Positions 31,838 to 39,616 of a stretch of DNA of 64,000 nucleotides are shown here, one piece after another. The notes below the pieces were generated by a model. The model made no database searches, was not told the origin of the DNA, and saw only the letters and a list, made by a program, of their open reading frames with translations. The stretch's first letter is position 1, and every line of letters starts with the position of its first letter. This DNA is from an uncultured Actinomycetes bacterium (GTDB lineage: Bacteria; Actinomycetota; Thermoleophilia; Gaiellales; Gaiellaceae), in assembly GCA_963847235.1 (NCBI GenBank), contig CAWJYU010000011.1:9242-73241 (forward strand), written 5' to 3'. The position numbers and the translations under genes are program-made.

Positions 31838-32736
31838 GCGTTTCGCTGAGAGCGCCGCGGCTCGACGAGGCTGCCGCAATCGCGGGCCTCGTCAACCGCA
31901 CGACCCAGGAGCTCGTCGGCGAAAGCGACGAGACCGAGACGACGGTCCGGCAGTGGCTGACGGCGCCCGAGCTCGACGTCGACAACGACATCCGGCTCGC
32001 CGAGCAGGACGGTCAGCTGGTGGGTTACGCCGACGTCGCGCCGCACCCCGAGCCAAACTACTGGGTGGACGCCCGCGTACCGCTTTCGGAGGGCGACGAT
32101 GTGCGGGACGCGCTGATCGGCTGGGCGGAGGAGCGAGCCATCGAGCGATCCGGCGCCAAGATGCGCGCCTTCACGCTCGACTCCGACACGCCCGAGATTG
32201 CCGCGCTCGGGCGGCGCGGGTACACCCTCATCCGGCACTCGTACCGCATGCGGATCGACTTCGAGGAGCCGCCTCCACAGGCGGAGTGGCCGGAGAGCCT
32301 TTCCGTCCGGCCGGCGACGGAGGCGGACATCCGAATGGTGTACGACGTCTACTCGGAGACGTTCGCCGACACCTGGGAGTTCGGCAACGACCCGTTCGAC
32401 GAGTGGTCGCACTGGATGCTCGAGGAGGGTCTCGACCTCTCGCTCTGGTTCGTCGCCGAGGACGACGGCGAGGTGGCGGCGATCGCGCTCTGTAAGCCGT
32501 TCGAGGGCGAGGAGGGCCTCGGCTGGGTGCGGGTGCTCGGTGTCCGGCGACCGTGGCGCAGGCAAGGCCTCGGGCGGGCACTGCTGCTCCACCTCTTCGG
32601 CGAGTTCCACCGCCGTGGCTTCCACGGAGTCGGGCTCGGTGTGGACGCCGAGAGCCTGACCGGCGCGCACCGGCTGTACGAGAACGCGGGCATGCGCGTC
32701 AACCGCCGGTACTTCGTCTACGAGAAGGTGCTCTAG
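31834..32736 (+). CDS. two-domain GNAT N-acetyltransferase (MshD-like architecture)
   Basis: 300 aa. The second domain carries the acetyl-CoA motif VRRPWRRQGLGRALL. 4-nt overlap with the HAD gene. Confidence 0.65.
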   Translation: MSVSLRAPRLDEAAAIAGLVNRTTQELVGESDETETTVRQWLTAPELDVDNDIRLAEQDGQLVGYADVAPHPEPNYWVDARVPLSEGDDVRDALIGWAEERAIERSGAKMRAFTLDSDTPEIAALGRRGYTLIRHSYRMRIDFEEPPPQAEWPESLSVRPATEADIRMVYDVYSETFADTWEFGNDPFDEWSHWMLEEGLDLSLWFVAEDDGEVAAIALCKPFEGEEGLGWVRVLGVRRPWRRQGLGRALLLHLFGEFHRRGFHGVGLGVDAESLTGAHRLYENAGMRVNRRYFVYEKVL

Positions 32737-32740
32737 GACG

Positions 32741-33517
32741 GTGTCCCGGCTGCGCGCCAAGTGCCCCGACTGCCGCACGTACACGGCGGTCGCGCTCGGG
32801 CCGGAGTACGAGTGCCACGCGTGCGGGCGCACGTTCGCCGCAGGCCTCGTCCGGGTTCCGCGTGCCTGGGGACAGGGCGGGGAAGCGATGGCCGAAGCGG
32901 CATCGCTTCCGCTGCCGTATCCGGAAGCAGCGGTGATCGAAGAGGGCTCGCTGGCCGAGCAGAGTCTCGCACTCGCCCTGGAGCTCCCCGAGCGGCCGCT
33001 CGTCCTCGGTGGCTGCTGCTGCTCCCACGTCGGCGCAGTCGAAGCCCTCTCCGCTCGCCACGGCCGGATCGCCGTCGTCTGGTTCGACGCCCACGGCGAC
33101 CTGAACACGATCGAGAGCTCTCCGTCCGGGAACGAGTGGGGGATGCCGCTCCGCATGCTGCTCGACTCGGGCGCCGTCAAGACCGAGGACGTCGCGCTCG
33201 TGGGTGCGCGCAACCTCGATCCACCCGAGGAGGAGTTCATCGCCGCGAACGGGGTGGGCATCGGCTCGGACGCCGTGGCCGGCGCGCTCGAGGGAACCGC
33301 CGGCGCTTATGTCGCGGTCGACTTCGACGCGTTCGGGGAAGACGAGGTCGCGCCGTTCATGCCCGAGCCGGGCGGGCTCTCGCTCGAAGAGGCCGAGGAG
33401 GTGCTCGGCGTCGTCCGAGGGCGAACAGACGTCCTCGGTACGGGCCTCTCGGGGCTGGTTCCGGACGAACGGAACCTGGAACCTGCGCGCCGCCTGGCGG
33501 CCGCGCTCGGCCTCTGA
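32741..33517 (+). CDS. arginase/ureohydrolase-fold protein with N-terminal 4-Cys ribbon and atypical first metal motif
   Basis: CPDC...CHAC ribbon. GGCCCSH sits where GGDHS is expected. VVWFDAHGDLN and VAVDFDAFGEDEVAPFMPEPGGLS fit arginase motifs 2 and 3. Confidence 0.7.
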   Translation: MSRLRAKCPDCRTYTAVALGPEYECHACGRTFAAGLVRVPRAWGQGGEAMAEAASLPLPYPEAAVIEEGSLAEQSLALALELPERPLVLGGCCCSHVGAVEALSARHGRIAVVWFDAHGDLNTIESSPSGNEWGMPLRMLLDSGAVKTEDVALVGARNLDPPEEEFIAANGVGIGSDAVAGALEGTAGAYVAVDFDAFGEDEVAPFMPEPGGLSLEEAEEVLGVVRGRTDVLGTGLSGLVPDERNLEPARRLAAALGL

Positions 33518-33540
33518 GCCGCGGGGACTAGACTCGGCCC

Positions 33541-34392
33541 ATCGCCGAGCGCATCGACATCTCGATCGAGCATCGGAACCTCCCCGAGCCGTCGCAGAAC
33601 GACAAGCCGCACCCGAACACGTGTCCCGAGTGCGGCTCCCACTACCGGGACGACGAGCTCGCCGCGAACCTCTGGGTGTGTCCGCACTGCAACCACCACT
33701 TCCGGATCCGGGCGAAAGACCGCATCGCGCAGCTCGCCGACGAGGGGACGTTCAAGGAGGAGGCTGCAGATCTCCGCTCCGAGGATCCACTGGAGTTCTT
33801 CGACATGCGGCCGTACACCGAGCGCCTGGTCGAGGCGGAGCAGGCGACGGGACAGGGCGACGCCATGGTCATCGGCTCAGCGGCGATCGAGCGCGTCACC
33901 TGCGAGCTGGCAATCATGGACTTCGCGTTCATGGGCGGGTCGATGGGCAGTGTCGTCGGGGAGAAGTTCGTCCGGGCGTGCGAGAGCGCGGCCGAGCGCG
34001 GCGTGCCGCTCGTCAGCATCACCTCGTCGGGCGGCGCGCGGATGCAGGAGGGAATCCTGTCGCTGATGCAGCTGCCGAAGACGGTCTGCGCCGTGGAGGA
34101 TCTCAAGGACTCGGGCGCCGCGATGATCAGCGTCATGGCCCATCCGACCACCGCCGGCGTGCTCGCGAGCTTCGCGTCCCTTGGCGACGTGATCGTCGCG
34201 GAGCCCGGCGCGCTCCTCGCCTTCACCGGCCCGCGGGTCGTCCAGCAGACGACGCGCGAGAAGCTGCCCGAGGACTTCGGCCTCGCCGAGTCCAACGTCC
34301 GTTTCGGCCACCTGGACGGGATCGTCGGCAGGCGCGACCTGCGCCCCTACCTCGGTCGAGTGCTCAGACTGTTTTCCCGCAATGGCACGTGA
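33541..34392 (+). CDS. accD: acetyl-CoA carboxylase carboxyltransferase beta subunit (start codon unresolved)
   Basis: Zn ribbon CPECGSHY...CPHCNHHFRI, then GGSMGSVVGEKF...GGARMQEG. The first canonical start (GTG 33676) lies inside the ribbon. The frame is open from 33532. Confidence 0.8.
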   Translation: MAERIDISIEHRNLPEPSQNDKPHPNTCPECGSHYRDDELAANLWVCPHCNHHFRIRAKDRIAQLADEGTFKEEAADLRSEDPLEFFDMRPYTERLVEAEQATGQGDAMVIGSAAIERVTCELAIMDFAFMGGSMGSVVGEKFVRACESAAERGVPLVSITSSGGARMQEGILSLMQLPKTVCAVEDLKDSGAAMISVMAHPTTAGVLASFASLGDVIVAEPGALLAFTGPRVVQQTTREKLPEDFGLAESNVRFGHLDGIVGRRDLRPYLGRVLRLFSRNGT

Positions 34393-35371
34393 GGACGAGC
34401 TTCACCTGCGGGACCGACTCAGCCGCCTGAAGGGGCTCCGGCTCCTGCGCGGCGCCGGGATCACCGAGGAAGTCGATCGCCTCGAGCGCCAACTCGAGCG
34501 CATGGAGACCGCCGGTGACGAGGAGATCTGGGAGCGGGTCGAGCTCGCCCGCCACCCCGACCGGCCGTACACGCTCGACTACGTCGAGCGGATGTTCGAC
34601 GACTTCGTCGAGCTCCACGGGGACCGTGGTCGTGCCGAGGATCCGGCGATGGTGACCGGCCTGGGCCGTTTCGGCAGCCGAACGGTCGCGCTGCTCGGCC
34701 AGCAGAAGGGCCGGGACACGAAGGAGCGAATCCGGCGCAACTACGGCATGACCTATCCCGAGGGATACCGCAAGGCCATGCGCGTGATGGAGCTCGCCAA
34801 CCGACACCGCTTTCCGATCGTCTCGCTCGTGGACACTCCCGGCGCATTTCCCGGGGTCGCGGCCGAGCAGCACGGACAGGGCGGTGCGATCGCGCGGTCG
34901 CAGGCGGTAATGAGCCGGCTGACCATTCCGATCGTCGCGTGCGTGATCGGAGAGGGAGGCTCGGGCGGTGCGATCGCGATCGCCCTCGCCGACCGGGTCC
35001 TGATGCAGGAGAACGCGATGTACTCGGTGATCTCGCCGGAGGGCTGCGCGGCGATCCTTTGGCGCGACCAGGACGAGAAGATGAAGGCCGCCGCGGCACT
35101 GAAGCCCGACGCCGTCCACACGCTCGAGCTCGGCGTGATCGACGCGATCGTGCCCGAGCCGGAGGGCGGAGCGCATACGAACTGGGACGAGGCGGCCAAG
35201 CTCCTCGGTGAGGCGATCCAGAGCTCGCTCGAGGATCTGTCGAAGCTGTCCGGAGAGGAGCTTCGGCGCCGCCGCCGCGATCGCTTCCGGTCGCTGGGTG
35301 TCTACGCCTCGTCCTCAGATTCCACAGTTTCCACAGGGTTTTCCACCGAGCCTGCGCGGACTCGCAAGTAA
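34382..35371 (+). CDS. accA: acetyl-CoA carboxylase carboxyltransferase alpha subunit
   Basis: ARHPDRPYTLDY...VSLVDTPGAFPGVAAEQHGQGGAIA...GEGGSGGA. Carries a 21-aa non-conserved C-terminal tail. Confidence 0.9.
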   Translation: MAREDELHLRDRLSRLKGLRLLRGAGITEEVDRLERQLERMETAGDEEIWERVELARHPDRPYTLDYVERMFDDFVELHGDRGRAEDPAMVTGLGRFGSRTVALLGQQKGRDTKERIRRNYGMTYPEGYRKAMRVMELANRHRFPIVSLVDTPGAFPGVAAEQHGQGGAIARSQAVMSRLTIPIVACVIGEGGSGGAIAIALADRVLMQENAMYSVISPEGCAAILWRDQDEKMKAAAALKPDAVHTLELGVIDAIVPEPEGGAHTNWDEAAKLLGEAIQSSLEDLSKLSGEELRRRRRDRFRSLGVYASSSDSTVSTGFSTEPARTRK

Positions 35372-35406
35372 GAAACAGCACGTTTCCACTGCCCCGCACT
35401 GTGGGT
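35318..35406. promoter_or_regulatory. cluster of five DnaA-box-like 9-mers upstream of ku
   Basis: GATTCCACA 35318-26, GTTTCCACA 35327-35, TTTTCCACC 35339-47, GTTTCCACT 35382-90, and inverted ACTGTGGGT 35398-406. Confidence 0.5.
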
Positions 35407-35417
35407 AGACCAAGGCC

Positions 35418-36209
35418 ATGAGGCCGATCTGGAGTGGCACGATCTCGTTCGGGCTGGTCAGCGTGCCGGTGAAGATGTACTCGGCGACCGAGTCCAAGGA
35501 GCTCAAGTTCCACTTCCTCGACCGGCGGGACCTGAGCCCGATCGGCTACGAGAAGGTCAGCAAGGAGTCGGGCAAAGCCGTGCCGCCCGACGAGATCGTC
35601 CGCGGCTTCGAGATTCAGAAGGGGGAGTACGTGCCGATCGAGGACGAGGACCTCGACCGGCTCGACATCGAGCTGACCCACTCGATCGACATCTGCGACT
35701 TCGTCGACCTGGACGAGATCGACCCGATCTACTTCCGCAAGGCCTACTACCTGCTCCCGCAGGACGGCGCCGAGAAGCCGTACCGGCTGCTCGTCCGTGC
35801 GCTGGAGGAGACCGGAAAAGTCGGGATCGCAAAGGTCGTGATTCGGAACAAGCAGCACCTTGCCGCCCTACGGCCGTACGACGGCCGGCTGGTTCTCGAG
35901 ACCATGTACTACCCCGACGAGGTCCGGGAGCCCGAGTCCGTCGACGGCAACTCGAGGCTCCAGAAGGCCGAGGTCGACATGGCGAAGTCGCTCGTCGAGA
36001 ACCTCAGCGAGCCCTTCAAGCCGGAGAAGTACGACGACACGTACCGGAAGGAGCTGCTCGACCTGATCAAGGCGAAGGCCAAGGGCAAGGAGCTGCCGGA
36101 GCCGAAGGACGAGGAGGAGGGCGAGGTCATCGACCTGATGGAGGCGCTCCGGGAGTCCGTGGAGCAGACGCAGAAGAAGACGAAGAGGAAGGCAAAGAAG
36201 GCAAGCTAG
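35418..36209 (+). CDS. ku: Ku protein (NHEJ DNA end-binding)
   Basis: MRPIWSGTISFGLVSVPVKMYSAT... and a Lys-rich C-terminal tail. Confidence 0.95.
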   Translation: MRPIWSGTISFGLVSVPVKMYSATESKELKFHFLDRRDLSPIGYEKVSKESGKAVPPDEIVRGFEIQKGEYVPIEDEDLDRLDIELTHSIDICDFVDLDEIDPIYFRKAYYLLPQDGAEKPYRLLVRALEETGKVGIAKVVIRNKQHLAALRPYDGRLVLETMYYPDEVREPESVDGNSRLQKAEVDMAKSLVENLSEPFKPEKYDDTYRKELLDLIKAKAKGKELPEPKDEEEGEVIDLMEALRESVEQTQKKTKRKAKKAS

Positions 36210-36213
36210 GGGC

Positions 36214-38577
36214 GTGGCGCGCCCTCGGCTGGCCGAATACGAAAAGAAGCGGGACAGGAAGAAGACGCCGGAGCCCTTCGGCGGGAAGAAGCGCGGGAAG
36301 CAGCCGATCTTCGTCGTCCAGCGGCACGATGCCCGCCGGCTCCACTACGACTTCCGGCTCGAGCGTGACGGCGCGCTCGCAAGCTGGGCGGTGCCGAAGG
36401 GGATCCCGCTGGAGCCGGGACAGCGCGCGCTGGCGGTGCACGTGGAGGATCACCCGCTCGAGTACGCGACCTTCGAGGGCGAGATTCCGAAGGGCGAGTA
36501 CGGCGCCGGCCCGGTCGAGATCTGGGACAACGGCACCTACGAGCTCGTGGAGGAGAAGCGCGACGGCGGGCTCACGGTCCGTCTTCACGGGAAGCGGCTC
36601 GACGGCACCTGGACGCTCGTCCCGGCCAAGCTCGACGGCAACCCGAAGAACTGGCTCATCCTCCGCAAGCGCGAGCAGGCCGCTGAGGCTCCGCGCGAGC
36701 GGCGCCGCTACAGGCCGATGCTCGCGACGCTCGCCGCCGAGGTTCCACGAGGCGACGACTGGCTCCACGAGGTCAAGTGGGACGGCTACCGGGCGATCGC
36801 CGACGTCCGCGGCTCGAACACGACGCTCACGAGCCGGAACGACAACGACCTCACCGGGCGCTTCGAGTCGGTGGCGAGAGAGATCTCGAGGGCGGTCAAG
36901 ACACCGGACTGCGTCCTCGACGGCGAGGTATGCGCCCTGGACGAGCAAGGCCGCGCCACCTTCTCCGCGATGCAGCAGGGCAAGGACGGTACGCGCTATG
37001 TCTACGTCGTCTTCGATCTGCTCGAGGTCGACGGGCAGCCCGTCGTCGATCTACCGCTGACCGAGCGGCGCGAGCGCCTCTTGAACCTCCTCGACCGCCG
37101 GAACCAGAACGTGCAGTTCTCGGAGTCGTTCGACGATGGCGACGCGCTCTTCCGGGCTGCCGAGGCCCAGCAGTTCGAGGGGATCGTCTCCAAGCGGCGG
37201 GACTCGCGGTACGAGCTGGGGCGGCGGACCAGGAACTGGCTGAAGGTCAAGACGCACGGTCGGCAGGAGTTCGTCATCGCGGGGTACACGCGCGGCCAGG
37301 GCCGGCGCGAGGGCCGCTTCGGCTCGCTGATCCTCGGCTACTGGAAGGACGGCGAGCTCGTGCTACGCCGGCAACGTCGGCACCGGGTTCACGCGACGGG
37401 GAGATCGACAAGCTGCTGCGCAAGCTTCGACCGCTCGAGCGCAAGGAGCCGCACGTTCGAGACAGTGCCGAAGATGCCGAAGATCCGAAAGGACGCGATC
37501 GTCTGGGTCGAGCCCAAGCTCGTCACCGAGGTCGAGTTCGCCGAGTGGACGCACGACGGCAGACTTCGGGCGCCCTCCTACCAGGGACTGCGGGAGGACA
37601 AGGCCACGACCGACGTGCGGCGGGAGGAGCCAGAGCCGATGGAGACCGAGATCCGGAAAGGCAAGCGCACGCTCAAGCTGTCCAATCTGGACAAGGCGTT
37701 CTGGCCGGACGAGGGGATCACGAAGGGCGACCTGCTCTCGTACTACCGTGACGTAGCCGGTGTGGTCGTCCCGCACCTCAAGGACAGGCCGTTCACGATG
37801 AAGCGCTACCCCGACGGCGCCTTCGGCAAGTTCTTCTTCCAGAAAGACGCGCCGAAGCACATGCCCGACTGGATCAAGAGCGTCGAGATCACGGTCACAA
37901 CTCGGGACAAGCCTCGCGAGCGCCGCAAGATCCGGGCGCCGCTCGTGAACGACGAGCTCGCGCTCCTCTGGATGGTGAACATGGGCTGCATCGACCTGAA
38001 CACGTGGTACTCGCGGGTCGACAAGCCTGGGCGGCCCGATTTCGTCCTGTTCGACCTCGACCCGTCAGACGATGTCGGCTTCAAGGAGACCGTGCAGGTG
38101 GCGCTGCTCGTCAAGCAGGCGCTCGACACCGTCGGGCTGGAGAGCTACCCGAAGACGAGCGGGTCGGACGGCATTCACGTCCTCGTCCCGATCGCGCGGC
38201 GGCACACGTTCGACGAGACGCGCGAGTTCGCCGAGATCATCGCCTCGGCGCTGGCGCGCACGCATTACGGGCTCGTGACGACGGAGTGGGTGCGGCGCAA
38301 GCGGCGGGGCGTGCTCATCGACTCGAACCAGAACGGCGAGGGGAAGACGATCGCCTCGGTCTACTCGGTGCGTCCCCGGGAGGGGGCGCCGGTGTCGACG
38401 CCGCTCCGCTGGGACGAGGTGAACGAGAAGCTCGACCCGAGCGAGTTCACGATGGACGTGGTCCGCGAGCGGATCGAGAAGCACGGCGACCTCTTCGAGC
38501 CCGTCCTCCACGGGCGGCAGTCGCTGACGGCTGCGCTGAAGTCCGTGCGCGCGAGCCGGGGCGAATCCGGCAAGTAA
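36214..38577 (+). CDS. ligD: ATP-dependent DNA ligase LigD (phosphoesterase-ligase-polymerase order); locally scrambled at 37363-37455
   Basis: PE domain HDARRLHYDFRLE...SWAVPKG. Ligase motif I EVKWDGYR. Polymerase/primase domain ...SGSDGIHVLVPI. The ORF is intact, but about 31 aa are read out of the conserved frames. Confidence 0.9.
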   Translation: MARPRLAEYEKKRDRKKTPEPFGGKKRGKQPIFVVQRHDARRLHYDFRLERDGALASWAVPKGIPLEPGQRALAVHVEDHPLEYATFEGEIPKGEYGAGPVEIWDNGTYELVEEKRDGGLTVRLHGKRLDGTWTLVPAKLDGNPKNWLILRKREQAAEAPRERRRYRPMLATLAAEVPRGDDWLHEVKWDGYRAIADVRGSNTTLTSRNDNDLTGRFESVAREISRAVKTPDCVLDGEVCALDEQGRATFSAMQQGKDGTRYVYVVFDLLEVDGQPVVDLPLTERRERLLNLLDRRNQNVQFSESFDDGDALFRAAEAQQFEGIVSKRRDSRYELGRRTRNWLKVKTHGRQEFVIAGYTRGQGRREGRFGSLILGYWKDGELVLRRQRRHRVHATGRSTSCCASFDRSSARSRTFETVPKMPKIRKDAIVWVEPKLVTEVEFAEWTHDGRLRAPSYQGLREDKATTDVRREEPEPMETEIRKGKRTLKLSNLDKAFWPDEGITKGDLLSYYRDVAGVVVPHLKDRPFTMKRYPDGAFGKFFFQKDAPKHMPDWIKSVEITVTTRDKPRERRKIRAPLVNDELALLWMVNMGCIDLNTWYSRVDKPGRPDFVLFDLDPSDDVGFKETVQVALLVKQALDTVGLESYPKTSGSDGIHVLVPIARRHTFDETREFAEIIASALARTHYGLVTTEWVRRKRRGVLIDSNQNGEGKTIASVYSVRPREGAPVSTPLRWDEVNEKLDPSEFTMDVVRERIEKHGDLFEPVLHGRQSLTAALKSVRASRGESGK

Positions 38578-38647
38578 CAGTCTGTTACAAGGCCCGCCAA
38601 GCGGCCTGGCAAGCGGCCCCGGGCACCAAGTAACAGTCTGTTACTTG
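38571..38647. repeat. twin AT-rich 21-bp palindromes
   Basis: CAAGTAACAGTCTGTTACAAG at 38571-38591 overlaps the ligD TAA. CAAGTAACAGTCTGTTACTTG at 38627-38647 is a perfect palindrome. An 18-nt identical core recurs with a 56-bp offset. Confidence 0.8.
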
Positions 38648-38662
38648 CGTCCTGGTGGCGCC

Positions 38663-39430
38663 TCAGCCGGTGAGGAAGAACTTCGTCAGGCGCCCGACCG
38701 TGTCGAAGCCCAGCTTCCCGTAGAGCTCCTTCGGCCAGTCGTCCGCGTCGGCGACGAGGAAGATCAGGTCGGCGCTCTCCGCACGCGCCTCTTCGGCCGC
38801 CCGAAGCACGACGGCGCTCGCGTAGCCCTTCCCGCGGTGTTCCTCCTTCGTGGCGACGTCCTCGACCTGGCCGACGCCCTGGGCGACGTAGAGGTCAGCC
38901 CAGCTGACGATCTCATCGTCCACCGGCACGCCGAAGAACCTCGTCTTCGCACGCTGGCCGAGCAGGAGCTTCGCGTCGAGCAGCTGGCGCGCGACCTCCT
39001 CGCTGCCCCAGGGATAGCTCGTGATCTCACGGGTGCGACCGGCGCGCAGATCCGCTTCTCCGACCTCCTGCACGACCGAAAGGTCGGGGCGGCGATCCGG
39101 TTCGCGGAGCTGCGCCATCCAGATGTGGCGGCGGACGTTCCAGCCGAGCTCCTTGAACTGTGGCTCGAGCTTCTCGCCGAGCTCTGCGTCGAAGCACACC
39201 GCCGATCGGTGGGCAAGTCCGGCGCCTCCGAGGATCCGCTCCGCTTCGTCTGCCAGCTCCTGGGCCCCTGCGCCGATCGGAAGGCGCTCGACCAGGAGGT
39301 AGTTCGAGTCGTGGCGCAGCGGCAGCGACGGCTCGAGGACGCCGACGCCGAACGGCGACGCCACCGTTCGCGAGCCGACCATCTCGATCTCCCGCTCGAA
39401 GCGGTGGATGCGGTCGAGGACGTCAGGCAT
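38663..39430 (-). CDS. GNAT family N-acetyltransferase
   Basis: C-terminal GNAT core VEDVATKEEHRGKGYASAVV...LYGKLGFD. Confidence 0.75.
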   Translation of the reverse strand: MPDVLDRIHRFEREIEMVGSRTVASPFGVGVLEPSLPLRHDSNYLLVERLPIGAGAQELADEAERILGGAGLAHRSAVCFDAELGEKLEPQFKELGWNVRRHIWMAQLREPDRRPDLSVVQEVGEADLRAGRTREITSYPWGSEEVARQLLDAKLLLGQRAKTRFFGVPVDDEIVSWADLYVAQGVGQVEDVATKEEHRGKGYASAVVLRAAEEARAESADLIFLVADADDWPKELYGKLGFDTVGRLTKFFLTG

Positions 39431-39587
39431 CTCCGACGCGCTCCCTGTGGCCGAGCGTGCCGAGCTCCGCGATGTTCTCCCGGCTGACGATCGTCGCGCC
39501 GCGCTTGCGCAGGTACCGCCCGACGTACGAGCCGGCGAACCCGCCGCCCAGGATCAGCGTCCCGCCTCGGGCCTCGTGGTCCGCCAC
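39423..39587 (-). pseudogene. 54-codon remnant of an FAD/NAD(P)-binding oxidoreductase (NDH-2-like N-terminus)
   Basis: Encodes (M)ADHEARGGTLILGGGFAGSYVGRYLRKRGATIVSREN... and then loses similarity. Its TGA overlaps the GNAT start. Confidence 0.4.
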
Positions 39588-39611
39588 GGCGTGGTTCTAC
39601 ACCACGAGGCC
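39570..39611 (-). terminator. perfect 11-bp inverted repeat after the sigma-factor gene
   Basis: GGCCTCGTGGT (39570-80) pairs with ACCACGAGGCC (39601-11). 20-nt loop and no U-tract. Confidence 0.4.
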
Positions 39612-39616
39612 TGGGT

